A stretch of DNA of 64,000 bases from an uncultured Acidobacteriota bacterium. GTDB lineage: Bacteria; Acidobacteriota; Vicinamibacteria; Fen-336. The notes under the pieces were generated by a model. It ran no database searches and had not been told where the DNA came from. It was given only the letters and a program-made list of their open reading frames with translations. Shown piece after piece: positions 39,150 to 48,984 of this stretch. The stretch's first letter is position 1. Every line of letters begins with the position of its first letter. The DNA is taken from the NCBI GenBank assembly GCA_963720545.1, contig OY970399.1:832001-896000 (forward strand), written 5' to 3'. The translations under genes and the position numbers were made by a program.

Positions 39150-42100
39150 CTAGAACGCGACCTTCAAGGCGAACTGGATCTGGCGCTCGTCCACGGCCGT
39201 CGCGAGCACCCGTCCGAACGCCGGCGAGCCGAGGTCGTTGACAGGCACCGCATAGACGGGGTGGTTGAAGAGGTTGAAGGCTTCGAGGCGCAGCTCGATG
39301 CGCGTGCGCTTGTCGCGGCCCGAGGGATAGAAGCCCTTGATGAGCGACAGGTCGAAGGTCTCGATGTCATCGGCGAAAACACCGTTGCGCGGCGCGTCGC
39401 CGAAACGCACGCCAATCGGAATCGGCACGAAACAACTGGTATCGAGGAAGCGCTGCACGGTGCGGTCGCCGCTCGCGAGGTTCGGGTCGCAGATCTGGTC
39501 GGGGCGGTCGGCGCCGCTGCCGGTCAGCGAACGGTTGCGGCTGTCGAACACCGTGAACGGGCTGCCGCTCTGGTAGCTCAGGATGCCGTTCACCTGCCAG
39601 TCGCCGAACAGCGCCTTGGCGAAGCCGCTGCTTTGTCGGGCGAACGGCAGCTCGTAGCTGAAGTTGGCGCTGAGGCGATGGCGGGCGTGGAAGGCGGACA
39701 GCGCCCATTCGTCGCCGATGTCGTAGTTATCCTGCGGGTTCGTCTGGCCCTCGACGTTGAAGAAGGAGTTGACCTTCGAGCTGTCGTCCATGGCCTTCGA
39801 GAGCGTGTAGGCGACCTGGAAGCCGAAGCCCTTGTCCATGGCGCGCGCAAGGCTCGTCTGCAGGCCGTGGTAGCGGGAGGAAAAGATGCCCTTCACCGTC
39901 GACAGTCCGTTCAACCCGGGGTAGGGGCGGCGCTTCGCCAGGTTGGCGGCGGTGTTGGTGGTCTCGCCGTTGCACGGCTTCTCGACGCTCGCGAAGCAGG
40001 CCTGCGCCTGGTTGATGGGGCCGGTGAGGTTCGTGCCCTTGGTGCCGACGTAGCCGACCTGGGCCAGCAGCCGCCACGGAAGTTGCCGCTGCACGGTGAC
40101 GTTCCACTGCTGCACGTACGCGGTGCGCTGGTTCGGGTCGACGATCGTGGGGCTGAGGCCGGTGGTCGTCGGAATCGGGAAGGTCAACGGCGGCCGGAAC
40201 GGCGAGGCGCCCTTGAAAGGATCGGCGATGGTGTTCGGCCCGGGGTTGAAGGTGGACGCGGCGGGCCGGATCGAGGGCGTGCCGTCGGTGCTGTTGATGA
40301 CGCCGTCGAGGACGGTGGCGTCGTAGAACAAGCCGTAGCCGGCGCGAATGCTGGTGCGCGAGTCGCCGAAGGGATCCCACGCGAGTCCGACGCGCGGCGC
40401 GAAGTTGTTGTAGTCGGTTGCGATGATGCTGGAGCGCACGCCCTCGTCGAATCCGGCCAGCACCAGGCCCACGGGCAGGTCGGGCGCGTACGTCGAGCGC
40501 TGTCCGGGGATGAAGGTCGCAAGCCGCGGGTGGCCGAGGTCCTTGATCGACGGGTCGTCGAACGGGCCAAAGACCTCCCAGCGCACGCCGTAGGTCAGGG
40601 TGAGGCGCCGCGAGATGCGGTGCACGTCCTCGAGGAACAAGGCGTAGGAGGTGCTGCGGAAGCGGCGCTCGGCGTCGCCCGACACCTGCAGGAAGGTGTC
40701 GGGCGCGCCGAGAAGGAAATCGGCGAAGCTGTTGCCGGTGACGACGCCGGAAAAGCTGAAGTTGCCGGCGGTGAAATTCCCGGTGTTGACGTCCGAACGG
40801 CTGCGCCGGATCTCCCCGCCGAAGCTGAGAGAGTGCGAGTTCAGTTGCAGGTTGAAGGCGTCCGAGAGGATGAAGATGGTGTTCTTCTTGGTGAAGTCCT
40901 TCTGCGCCGGCGGGCCCGAGGTGGCGAACCCGGCCACCGCGAAGCCCGGCAGCGACGGCAGCTCGTTCACCGGGTAGATGAAGCCGAAGTCGGCCGGATC
41001 GTCGCGCTCGACCAGCAGGTTGTTGCCGAAGTCGCTCTTCAGGTACGCAAGGCGGACCTGGTTCAGTGCGCGATTCGAAAGCACCATCGAATGCGAGAGC
41101 ACCACGTTCTGGAAGCGGCTCGGGTTGCGGACCGGGAAGCCGGGAACGCCCGAGCCGCTGGCGGAGCCGGCGCCGCTGAGGCTCGCCACCGGCGAAAGCT
41201 CCTCGCCGTCGTCGATGACGTAACGGGCCGAGAACGTGTGCGCGCCGCGGGTGTGGTCGAGCTTCAGCAGCATCTGGTTGCGGTCGTGGGCCACCACCGG
41301 CGCCGCCTGGAACTGGTTGCTGCCGACGTTGGCCACGGGCCACAGACGCGAAATCAGGTTGGCGGCAATCGGGTTGATACAGCCGGGATCGATGATGTTG
41401 TTGGTGATACAGCCCGGGGTCGGGCTGCGCAGCGGGGTTGCGAGCGCGCTGAAGTCGCCGCGCCTTTGCGCCGCCGTCGGCACGACGCTGTTGAGCAGCC
41501 CGCCGCGCTCGAGACGCAGCCCCTCGTAGGTGGCGAAGAAGAAGGTCTTGCCGCCGAGCGCCGGCAGCGGCCCACCCAGGGTGGCGCCGAACTGGTGGCG
41601 CGACAGCTTCGCCTTCTCGCGCAGGAACTCGTTGCGCGAGTCGAAGGCGTCGTTGCGGCCGAAGTAGTAGCCCGAACCGCTGAGGTCGGAGCCGCCCGAC
41701 TTCGTCACGATGTTGATGACCGAGCCGCCGCCCTGACCGAAGGCGCTCGGGTACATGTTGGTCTGGATCTTGAACTCCTCGATCGCGTCGGGCACCGGCA
41801 CGATCGCGGCGGTGTTCAGGACCGGGTCGTTGTTGAGCGCGCCGTCGATCAGCACCGCATTCATCGTGTTGCGTGTGCCGTTGACGCTCGGCATGTTCTG
41901 CAGCCCACCCGGCATGCTGCTCGGCGTGCCCTTGAGGGCGATCGGCCGATAGTTGACCGTGACGCCGGGGACGAACGAGGACAGTTGCAGGAAGTTGCGG
42001 CCGTTCAGCGGCATCTCCGTGATGCGGCGCTGCTCGACCACCGCGCCGAGGCTGGCATCGCGGGTATCGACGAGCGTCGACTTGGCGCCGACGTGGACGG

Positions 42101-42467
42101 TCTCGGCGTGCGTGCCGACCGAGAGCGACACATCGGCGCGCGTCGACTGGGCCACGGCGACCACCACGTTGTCGGTGACGCTGGTGCCGAAGCCCTGCAG
42201 CTCGACCGTGACCGAGTACGGGCCGACGGCCAGGTCGCTGAAGTTGTAGGTGCCGCCCGCCTGCGTCACGGTGGTGCGCGCCACGCTGGTGCGCGTGTGC
42301 GTGGCGGTTACCGTGGCGCCGGGCAGCACGCCGCCGGAGGTGTCGGCGACCGTGCCGTAGATCTGCCCGGTCGAAGTCTGGGCGGCCAGGGGCGGAATGG
42401 CCAGGAGCGCGTGAACGAACAGCGTTGCGGCGGCGAGCTTACCGAATGCGCGCGAGCGACTCATCAT
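39150..42467 (-). CDS. TonB-dependent receptor with carboxypeptidase-regulatory-like N-domain (Oar type)
   Basis: GTVADTSGGVLPGATVT, MPLNGRNF, VTKSGG, NNFAPRVGLAWD, NLFNH, C-terminal RQIQFALKVAF. Confidence 0.95.
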   Translation of the reverse strand: MMSRSRAFGKLAAATLFVHALLAIPPLAAQTSTGQIYGTVADTSGGVLPGATVTATHTRTSVARTTVTQAGGTYNFSDLAVGPYSVTVELQGFGTSVTDNVVVAVAQSTRADVSLSVGTHAETVHVGAKSTLVDTRDASLGAVVEQRRITEMPLNGRNFLQLSSFVPGVTVNYRPIALKGTPSSMPGGLQNMPSVNGTRNTMNAVLIDGALNNDPVLNTAAIVPVPDAIEEFKIQTNMYPSAFGQGGGSVINIVTKSGGSDLSGSGYYFGRNDAFDSRNEFLREKAKLSRHQFGATLGGPLPALGGKTFFFATYEGLRLERGGLLNSVVPTAAQRRGDFSALATPLRSPTPGCITNNIIDPGCINPIAANLISRLWPVANVGSNQFQAAPVVAHDRNQMLLKLDHTRGAHTFSARYVIDDGEELSPVASLSGAGSASGSGVPGFPVRNPSRFQNVVLSHSMVLSNRALNQVRLAYLKSDFGNNLLVERDDPADFGFIYPVNELPSLPGFAVAGFATSGPPAQKDFTKKNTIFILSDAFNLQLNSHSLSFGGEIRRSRSDVNTGNFTAGNFSFSGVVTGNSFADFLLGAPDTFLQVSGDAERRFRSTSYALFLEDVHRISRRLTLTYGVRWEVFGPFDDPSIKDLGHPRLATFIPGQRSTYAPDLPVGLVLAGFDEGVRSSIIATDYNNFAPRVGLAWDPFGDSRTSIRAGYGLFYDATVLDGVINSTDGTPSIRPAASTFNPGPNTIADPFKGASPFRPPLTFPIPTTTGLSPTIVDPNQRTAYVQQWNVTVQRQLPWRLLAQVGYVGTKGTNLTGPINQAQACFASVEKPCNGETTNTAANLAKRRPYPGLNGLSTVKGIFSSRYHGLQTSLARAMDKGFGFQVAYTLSKAMDDSSKVNSFFNVEGQTNPQDNYDIGDEWALSAFHARHRLSANFSYELPFARQSSGFAKALFGDWQVNGILSYQSGSPFTVFDSRNRSLTGSGADRPDQICDPNLASGDRTVQRFLDTSCFVPIPIGVRFGDAPRNGVFADDIETFDLSLIKGFYPSGRDKRTRIELRLEAFNLFNHPVYAVPVNDLGSPAFGRVLATAVDERQIQFALKVAF

Positions 42468-42503
42468 GCCTGCTCCTTCGCGGTACCCGAGCTTTCGCGG
42501 CGG

Positions 42504-42557
42504 ATTGTAAGTGGCAGTCGCGCAGGAGTGCGGTCACGCTTCGTAACCCTTTGTACC
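42504..42557 (-). promoter_or_regulatory. Putative -10 (TACAAT) with three 10-bp-phased GTNAC-like repeats (OmpR-type boxes)
   Basis: Plus-strand GTCAC 42533, GTAAC 42543, GTACC 42553; minus-strand TACAAT at 42504-42509. Confidence 0.45.
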
Positions 42558-42676
42558 GGAATTGTCTCTGCGGCCGCGCCCGCCCATCTGGCATGGTCCC
42601 TTCGCACGATCTGGTTTGGCCGCCGCGCGGGACGGTCGCGCTAGCGTTTGATGCTCGGGAAAGGGACGAGGCCAAA

Positions 42677-43777
42677 ATGATCAAGAAGTCGATGCTGCCG
42701 ACTGTGGTGGCGCTGGCCGTGGCGCTCGCGGCGCACGCCGACGTGCCTGCGAAGCAGTTCGAAATCGAGAAGCTGGCGGACGGGGTCTACGGCTTCGTCT
42801 GGAAGGGGCTGCTCGAGAACCCGATCAACGGTAATTCGCTCTTTATCGTCAACGACCGCGATGTGGTCGTGGTCGATACCAGCAACTTCCCTTCGACGGC
42901 GCGGGTCATGCTGGCGGAGCTGCGCAAGCTGACCGACAAGCCGGTGCGCTACGTGGTGAACACCCACTGGCACGACGACCATCACAGCGGCAACTTCGTG
43001 TTTCGCGAGGCTTATCCTGGGGTCGAGATCGTCGCCCACAAGGACACGCGCGCCGATATGCTCACCCAGTCCTACGGCGCTCGCGCGAAGGACCTTGCCG
43101 GCATCGAGCAGTCGGCGCAGACCATGGAGCGCTGGATCGCGAACGGCAAGGACGACGCCGGCAAGCCGATGGATGAGGCACGCAACAAGCGCGCTCGGGC
43201 GATCATCGACTACGACCGCGCGGCGATCGTCGAGCTTCAAGCCGTGAAGGAAGCGCCGGCCGACCTCACCTTCGAGGACCATCTCACGCTCACGCGCGGC
43301 ACGCGCACCATCGAGCTCCTGTGGCTCGGCCGTGCCAACACCCGCGGCGATGTCGTGGTGATGCTGCCGAAGGAACGCATCGTCGCCACCGGCGACCTGG
43401 TGGTGAGCCCGGTGCCGTTCATGTTCGGCTCGTACTACGAGGAATGGGCGGCGACCCTCGGCAAGCTCGACGCGCTGCCCGCCGACATCCTCTTTCTCGC
43501 GCACGGCGAACCGCAGCGCGACCGCGGGTACCTTCGCCAGGTGCAGGCGTTGCTCGCCGACATCGCCGCGCAGGCCAAGGCAGCCGCAGGCGCTGGCCTG
43601 ACGGTGGAGCAGGCGAAGGCAAAGATCACGCTTGCCGACTGGAAGGCGAAGTTTGCGGGCGATGACGACGCGAAGAAGCGCGCGTTCGATGCCTTCGTCA
43701 TCGCTCCCGCCGTGGAGCGTGCCTTCCTGCAGGCGAAGGGCGACAAGGCGTCGCTGGGGCCGCCGGTCGAGAACTGA
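42677..43777 (+). CDS. Secreted MBL-fold metallo-hydrolase
   Basis: Signal peptide, NTHWHDDHHSGN, ATGDL, AHGE. Confidence 0.9.
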   Translation: MIKKSMLPTVVALAVALAAHADVPAKQFEIEKLADGVYGFVWKGLLENPINGNSLFIVNDRDVVVVDTSNFPSTARVMLAELRKLTDKPVRYVVNTHWHDDHHSGNFVFREAYPGVEIVAHKDTRADMLTQSYGARAKDLAGIEQSAQTMERWIANGKDDAGKPMDEARNKRARAIIDYDRAAIVELQAVKEAPADLTFEDHLTLTRGTRTIELLWLGRANTRGDVVVMLPKERIVATGDLVVSPVPFMFGSYYEEWAATLGKLDALPADILFLAHGEPQRDRGYLRQVQALLADIAAQAKAAAGAGLTVEQAKAKITLADWKAKFAGDDDAKKRAFDAFVIAPAVERAFLQAKGDKASLGPPVEN

Positions 43778-43813
43778 CAGAACCGCCCGAGACTTCCGGT
43801 TAGTCTCGCCGCA

Positions 43814-45301
43814 GTGACGTCAGGCGAAGATTTCAGGAACTTCAACTCTGCGCGGCTCCGGCGGTTAAACGACGTGCCGTTGCGGCGCTCGGCCGACTAC
43901 GTCCTTTACTGGATGCAGATGAGCCGCCGGCTCGAGCGCAGCCACGCGCTCGACTACGCGGCGCGCTGCGCGGCCGAGCTCGGCAAGCCGCTCGTCGTCT
44001 ACGAGGGGCTGCGGCTTCGTTATCCCTGGGCCAGCGAGCGCCTGCACGCCTTCATCCTGCAAGGCATGGCCGACAACCGGGCGCGCGCGGCGGCGCTCGG
44101 CATCAACTACTGGCCGTACGTCGAGAGCGAGGAGACCCTCGACCGCAAGCTGGTTGTGGAGCTTGCGCGCCGCGCGGTGCTGGTGGTGAGCGACGACTAC
44201 CCGGCGTTCACCGTGCCTGGGCAGACCGCTGGGTTGGTCCGCGCCACCGACACCGCAGTGTTCGCCGTTGACGGCAACAGCATCGTGCCGCTCTCGCTCC
44301 TTGGCGTGCCTGCGAGCGCCGCGGCCCACCTGCGGCCGCGTATCCACAAGCTCTTCGCTGCGGCTTGGGCGCATCGCGCCGAAGCGGTGCCGGCGCTCAC
44401 CGATGTCGCCACGACCCGCGTCACAGCGCCGTTCGACCTGTGGGACGGCGACGTGTCCGGAACCTTGCGGCGGTTGCGGTTCGCGAGCCGCGTGCCTCGT
44501 GTCGATGCGATGCCGGGAGGCAACCAGGCGGCGCGCGAACGCCTTGGTGAATTCACGGCCTCGCGTCTGCACGGGTACGCTCAGCTGCGCTCGACGCCGA
44601 GTGCCCCGCGGGACGGCCATGCGTCGGGCCTCTCGCCTTACCTTCATTTCGGCCACATCGCGGTCGAGGACCTGGCGGCGGCAGCGTTCGACACGGTTCC
44701 CGGCTGGAGCTCCGAGCGGTTGGGCGCCGCTGGCCGCGGCAAGCGTTCCGGTTTTTTCGGCGCCGGCGAAGATGTCGAGTCGTTCTTGGACGAAGCTGTC
44801 ACCTGGCGCGACATCGGCTTCCAGTGGCACTGGACGCGCCGCAGGGATACCGGTTCCCTTGCCACTTCCCTGCCACCCTGGGCGCTCGCCACGCTGCGTG
44901 CGCACGCGGCCGACCCGCGCGCCTTCACCTATTCCACTGACGAGTGGGAAGCCGGCGCAACGCATGATCCGTTGTGGAACGCCGCCCAGAAGGAGCTGCG
45001 CGCCACGGGCACCATCCACAATTACCTGCGTATGCTGTGGGGCAAGAAGGTGATCGAGTGGTCGCGCACTCCGGAGGAGGCGTATGCGACGCTCGTACAT
45101 CTCAACAACAAGTACGCGCTCGACGGCCGCGATCCCAACTCCTACACGGGGATTCTGTGGTGCTTTGGCCTTTTCGACCGGCCGTGGCCCGAGCGCAAGG
45201 TGCTGGGATCGGTGCGCTCCATGTCCTCGCAGAACGCCGCGAAGAAATTCAGGCTGGGGCCGTACCTCGACTACGTGGCGGCGCTGCGCGAAACGGCCTA
45301 G
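43814..45301 (+). CDS. phr: Class II CPD DNA photolyase
   Basis: VLYWM, SGLSPYLHFGHI, THDPLWNAAQ, HNYLRMLWGKK, YALDGRDPNSY. Confidence 0.93.
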   Translation: MTSGEDFRNFNSARLRRLNDVPLRRSADYVLYWMQMSRRLERSHALDYAARCAAELGKPLVVYEGLRLRYPWASERLHAFILQGMADNRARAAALGINYWPYVESEETLDRKLVVELARRAVLVVSDDYPAFTVPGQTAGLVRATDTAVFAVDGNSIVPLSLLGVPASAAAHLRPRIHKLFAAAWAHRAEAVPALTDVATTRVTAPFDLWDGDVSGTLRRLRFASRVPRVDAMPGGNQAARERLGEFTASRLHGYAQLRSTPSAPRDGHASGLSPYLHFGHIAVEDLAAAAFDTVPGWSSERLGAAGRGKRSGFFGAGEDVESFLDEAVTWRDIGFQWHWTRRRDTGSLATSLPPWALATLRAHAADPRAFTYSTDEWEAGATHDPLWNAAQKELRATGTIHNYLRMLWGKKVIEWSRTPEEAYATLVHLNNKYALDGRDPNSYTGILWCFGLFDRPWPERKVLGSVRSMSSQNAAKKFRLGPYLDYVAALRETA

Positions 45302-46308
45302 CGCACCGGGCCCGTAGCCGGGCGCCGGCGCGGCAGCTGGAACCAGACGTCGGCGAGCGCCGCCTTCTCGTCGTCCGCGAGTTCGAGGTCGGGCGCAGCC
45401 AGCGTCGCGTCGAGCTGGTCAGGTCGGCTCGCGCCGATGATCGCCGACGTGATGCCGGGCTGGGCGAGCACGAAGGCGACTGCGGCGCTTGTCATCTGCG
45501 TGCCGCGGACGTCGAACAGCTGCCGCAACCTCGCGACCGCCGCGATCGACTCTTCCTGCCAGTAGCGGGCGCGATACGACGGCCCGGTGCTGCCCATCTT
45601 GTCGCTGAACCGCGTGCTCTGCTGCGGGTCGAAGCCGGGCGGGTACTTGCCGGTGAGCATGCCGCCGGCGAGCGGGTTGAAGGCGATGACACCGAGACCC
45701 TGGTCGCGGCACATCGGCAGCAGGTCGGCTTCGATGTCGCGGTGCAGCAGGTTGTAGCGCGGCTGCAGGCTCTCGAAGCCGCGCACCCCCATCCGCGCCG
45801 CGCTCACCGCCGCCTTGCCCAGCTCCCACGCCAAGAAGTTGGAGCAGCCGTAGTGGCGGATCTTGCCGGCAATGACCAGGTCTTCCATTGCTGTCAGTGT
45901 CTCTTCGAGCGGCGTGTCGCGGTCGAAGGCATGCACCTGGAACAGGTCGATCCGGTCCGTCTGCAGCCGGCGCAGGCTGGCATCGGCCGCCTTCATGATG
46001 TGCGCGCGGGAGCTGCCGCGATCATCCGGGGCGTCACCCATCGGGAAGAAGCACTTGGTCGCGACCACGAACTGCTCGCGCTTGCCGCGCAGCCAGCGGC
46101 CGACGATCTCTTCCGTCAGGCCGGCGGTCGCGAGCGTCAGCGGCACGGGGTAGCAGTCGGCGGTGTCGATGAAGTTGACGCCGCCCGCGGCGGCGCGGTC
46201 CATGATCGCGAACGACGTGCGCTCGTCGCATTGCACGCCGAAGGTCATGGTGCCAAGCGCAATCTCCGACACCTCGAGGCCGGTGCGGCCGAGGCTGCGG
46301 CGCTTCAA
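45298..46308 (-). CDS. Aldo/keto reductase
   Basis: LGTMTFG, FIDTADCY, SLRRLQTDRIDL, QPRYNLLHR, NPLAGG. Confidence 0.95.
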   Translation of the reverse strand: MKRRSLGRTGLEVSEIALGTMTFGVQCDERTSFAIMDRAAAGGVNFIDTADCYPVPLTLATAGLTEEIVGRWLRGKREQFVVATKCFFPMGDAPDDRGSSRAHIMKAADASLRRLQTDRIDLFQVHAFDRDTPLEETLTAMEDLVIAGKIRHYGCSNFLAWELGKAAVSAARMGVRGFESLQPRYNLLHRDIEADLLPMCRDQGLGVIAFNPLAGGMLTGKYPPGFDPQQSTRFSDKMGSTGPSYRARYWQEESIAAVARLRQLFDVRGTQMTSAAVAFVLAQPGITSAIIGASRPDQLDATLAAPDLELADDEKAALADVWFQLPRRRPATGPVR

Positions 46309-47240
46309 CGCGATGCCTTGGCGAAGTGCTCGTACACCAGGCGCGATATCTCAGCGCCCGCCACGAAGGCCTCGTTGTCGGCGGTGGGGCTCTTGTCCTC
46401 GATGTGGCGCGCGAGGATGGCGAGCACGTAGCGAAAGCCGGTCCCGGTCACGAACGCGACGTCGCCGCGCACGTCGCCGCGCTTGCCGCTCGCATCGGCG
46501 AGCTTCTCCTCGTCCCAGCCGGTCTTGCTCGCGACATGAATCCCGCTCTCGGTCGCCGCATGCGGCAGGCCGCGGTAGATCATCAGCTTGTCTTCCTGGC
46601 CTTCGAGGATCTCGAGCATCGCCTTGCTGGCCGCGGGACTCACCGCTTCGCCGCGGCCGATCTTCGCCATCAGCGCGGCGATGTCGCGCGGCGTCGTCAT
46701 GCCGAGCCCGAACTCCTTCTCGAGTTCCGGGTGGACGTCTGCATGGCCGTCGCGGAAGGTCGGGCGGAAGAGCAGTGTGTCCTGCAGGCCGTATGCGGCG
46801 AGCCGCTCGTCCACCTTCGCGGTGCCGACGAGCCGCACCACGGCGTTCGTGGCGCTGTTGTCCGAGAGGCGAATCATCAGGTTCAGGAGGTCCTGAAGGC
46901 TGAGGCTCGCGCCCTGGTGGATGCGGTCCACGATGCCGCCGTCGCCGACGCGGTCGGCCGGGTCCACCGTGACGAGCTGGTCGAGGCGCAGCGTGCCGCC
47001 TTCCACTTGCTGGAACGCTTCCACCAGTACCGCGAGCTTGATGATGCTGGCCGTCGGGAAGCGCCGTTCCGCACCGACCGCGAGCGTCTCGCCGCTGCCG
47101 CCGAGGTCGATCGCGGCCACGCCCATCGTGCCGTGAAAACGCGCGATGCGTTCGGCGATGAGCGCCGCGGTGGCACCCGGCGGTTCCGCGGCGGCGACGT
47201 TTCCGGCAAGGAGCAGTGTCACGAGTGGCAGGACTCTCAC
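46305..47240 (-). CDS. Class A beta-lactamase-like serine hydrolase
   Basis: TASIIK (SxxK), SDN, KTG; signal peptide from GTG 47240. Confidence 0.9.
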   Translation of the reverse strand: MRVLPLVTLLLAGNVAAAEPPGATAALIAERIARFHGTMGVAAIDLGGSGETLAVGAERRFPTASIIKLAVLVEAFQQVEGGTLRLDQLVTVDPADRVGDGGIVDRIHQGASLSLQDLLNLMIRLSDNSATNAVVRLVGTAKVDERLAAYGLQDTLLFRPTFRDGHADVHPELEKEFGLGMTTPRDIAALMAKIGRGEAVSPAASKAMLEILEGQEDKLMIYRGLPHAATESGIHVASKTGWDEEKLADASGKRGDVRGDVAFVTGTGFRYVLAILARHIEDKSPTADNEAFVAGAEISRLVYEHFAKASR

Positions 47241-47286
47241 TGGCTCGTACTCTAGAATCCCGCCGGTACCTTCACAAGGAGAGCCC

Positions 47287-48984
47287 ATGCTTGGTTTGGT
47301 CGCGGCCGCACTGCTCGCCGCGGCGCCTGTGCCGCAGCCGGCGCACCCGGCGTCGTTCGCAGCGCCTTTCGACATCGTCTTCACCGGCGGCCGTGTGGTC
47401 GATGGCACCGGCGCGCCGTGGTTCCGCGCCGACGTCGGCATCCGCGGCGACCGGGTCGGCGCAATCGGCGACTTGTCGAAGGCGAAGGCAACGCGGCGCA
47501 TCGACGCGTCGCAGCTGGTGCTGGCTCCCGGGTTCATCGACATGCTCGGCCAGTCGGAGTACGGCGTGCTGGTGGACGGCCGCGCCGCCAGCAAGATCAC
47601 GCAGGGCATTACCACCGAGATCACCGGCGAGGGCGGCGCCATCGCGCCGGTGAACGCGCGCATGATCGCCGACGGCAAGGAAACGTACGACTACTACGGC
47701 GTCAAGCCCAACTGGACCGACCTCGACGGCTACTTCCGCGAGTTCACGCGCCGCGGCGCCACCATCAACCTCGGCACCTTCGTCGGCGCCGGCGGCGTGC
47801 GCAACCTCGTCATCGGCACCGGCGAACGCACCGCGACCGGCGACGACCTGAAGAAGATGGAGGCGGCGGTCGAGACCGCCATGCTGCAGGGCGCCTTCGG
47901 CGTCAGCAGCTCGCTCATCTACGTGCCCGACAACTTCGCAACCACCGAGGAACTCATCGCCCTGGCAAAGGTGGCCGCGCGCCACGGCGGCAGCTACATC
48001 ACGCACCAGCGCGACGAAGGCAACGGCATGGACAAGAGCATGGACGAGGTGTTCCGCATCGCGCGCGAGGCGCGCATCCCGGCGGAGATCTACCACCTGA
48101 AGACCGCCGGCCAGCCCAACTGGGGCCGGATGCCGGCGATGCTGCAGCGCATCGAGAAGGCGCGCGCCGAGGGCCTCGACGTGATCGCCGACCAGTACCC
48201 GTGGCGCGCCAGCTCGAACGGCCTCGACGCGGCGCTGCCGGTTTGGGTGCGCGAGGGCGGCCACGACAAGCTGGTCGAGCGGCTCACCGACCCGCAGGTG
48301 CGGCCGAAGGCGCGCGCCGGGCTGCTCGAGAAGCTCCTCGAGGACTTCCCCGACTGGGAGAAGGGCGGCGCCGAGCGCATCCTCATCACCAGCGTCCTCA
48401 ACCCCGCGCTGAAGAAGTACGAAGGCAAGACCATCGCCGACATCGCGAAGGACGAAAGCAAGGATCCGCTCGACGTCATCATCGACGTGGTGGTCGCCGA
48501 CAAGGGCAACACCGGCCGCGTCACGTTCAGCATGGACGAGAAGGACGTGATCGCCGCGCTGCGCCATCCGCTCGTCGCCTTCTGCACCGACTCGGGCGCC
48601 AGCGCCGAGGACGGCATCTTCGCGAAGGAGAAGTCGCACCCGCGCGCCTGGGGCTCGGCCACCCGCATCCTCGGCCACTACGTGCGCGACGAGAAGGTGC
48701 TGACGCTGGAGGAAGCGATTCGCAAGATGACATCGCTGCCGGCGTCGCGCATGCGGCTGCGCGACCGCGGTATCCTGCGGCCCGGGATGTTCGCCGACAT
48801 CGTCGCCTTCAATCCGGATACGGTCGCGGAGAAGGCAACCTTCGCCGACCCCACCCACTACAGCGAAGGCGTGCCGTACGTGGCCGTCAACGGCAAGCTG
48901 GTGGTTGACGAAGGCAGGATCACGAAGGCTCGTCCCGGCCGCCCGCTGCGCGGGCCGGGCTACCAGGCCAGGCCTCGGCCGTGA
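47287..48984 (+). CDS. N-acyl-D-amino-acid deacylase family amidohydrolase, secreted
   Basis: GGRVVDGTG, APGFID, QGITTEITG, HPRAWG, IRKMTSLPA; the HxH site reads MLG, so catalysis may differ. Confidence 0.9.
   Translation: MLGLVAAALLAAAPVPQPAHPASFAAPFDIVFTGGRVVDGTGAPWFRADVGIRGDRVGAIGDLSKAKATRRIDASQLVLAPGFIDMLGQSEYGVLVDGRAASKITQGITTEITGEGGAIAPVNARMIADGKETYDYYGVKPNWTDLDGYFREFTRRGATINLGTFVGAGGVRNLVIGTGERTATGDDLKKMEAAVETAMLQGAFGVSSSLIYVPDNFATTEELIALAKVAARHGGSYITHQRDEGNGMDKSMDEVFRIAREARIPAEIYHLKTAGQPNWGRMPAMLQRIEKARAEGLDVIADQYPWRASSNGLDAALPVWVREGGHDKLVERLTDPQVRPKARAGLLEKLLEDFPDWEKGGAERILITSVLNPALKKYEGKTIADIAKDESKDPLDVIIDVVVADKGNTGRVTFSMDEKDVIAALRHPLVAFCTDSGASAEDGIFAKEKSHPRAWGSATRILGHYVRDEKVLTLEEAIRKMTSLPASRMRLRDRGILRPGMFADIVAFNPDTVAEKATFADPTHYSEGVPYVAVNGKLVVDEGRITKARPGRPLRGPGYQARPRP

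Noticed and set aside
39147..42644. 1165-aa plus-strand ORF
   Set aside because: Antisense shadow of the TonB receptor with no motifs; typical of high-GC codon bias
43814..45301. Class II photolyase as a novelty
   Set aside because: Class II CPD photolyases are already known in several bacterial lineages
46305..47240. Antibiotic-resistance claim for the serine hydrolase or the MBL-fold protein (42677)
   Set aside because: Only fold-level motifs are visible; both families are functionally broad
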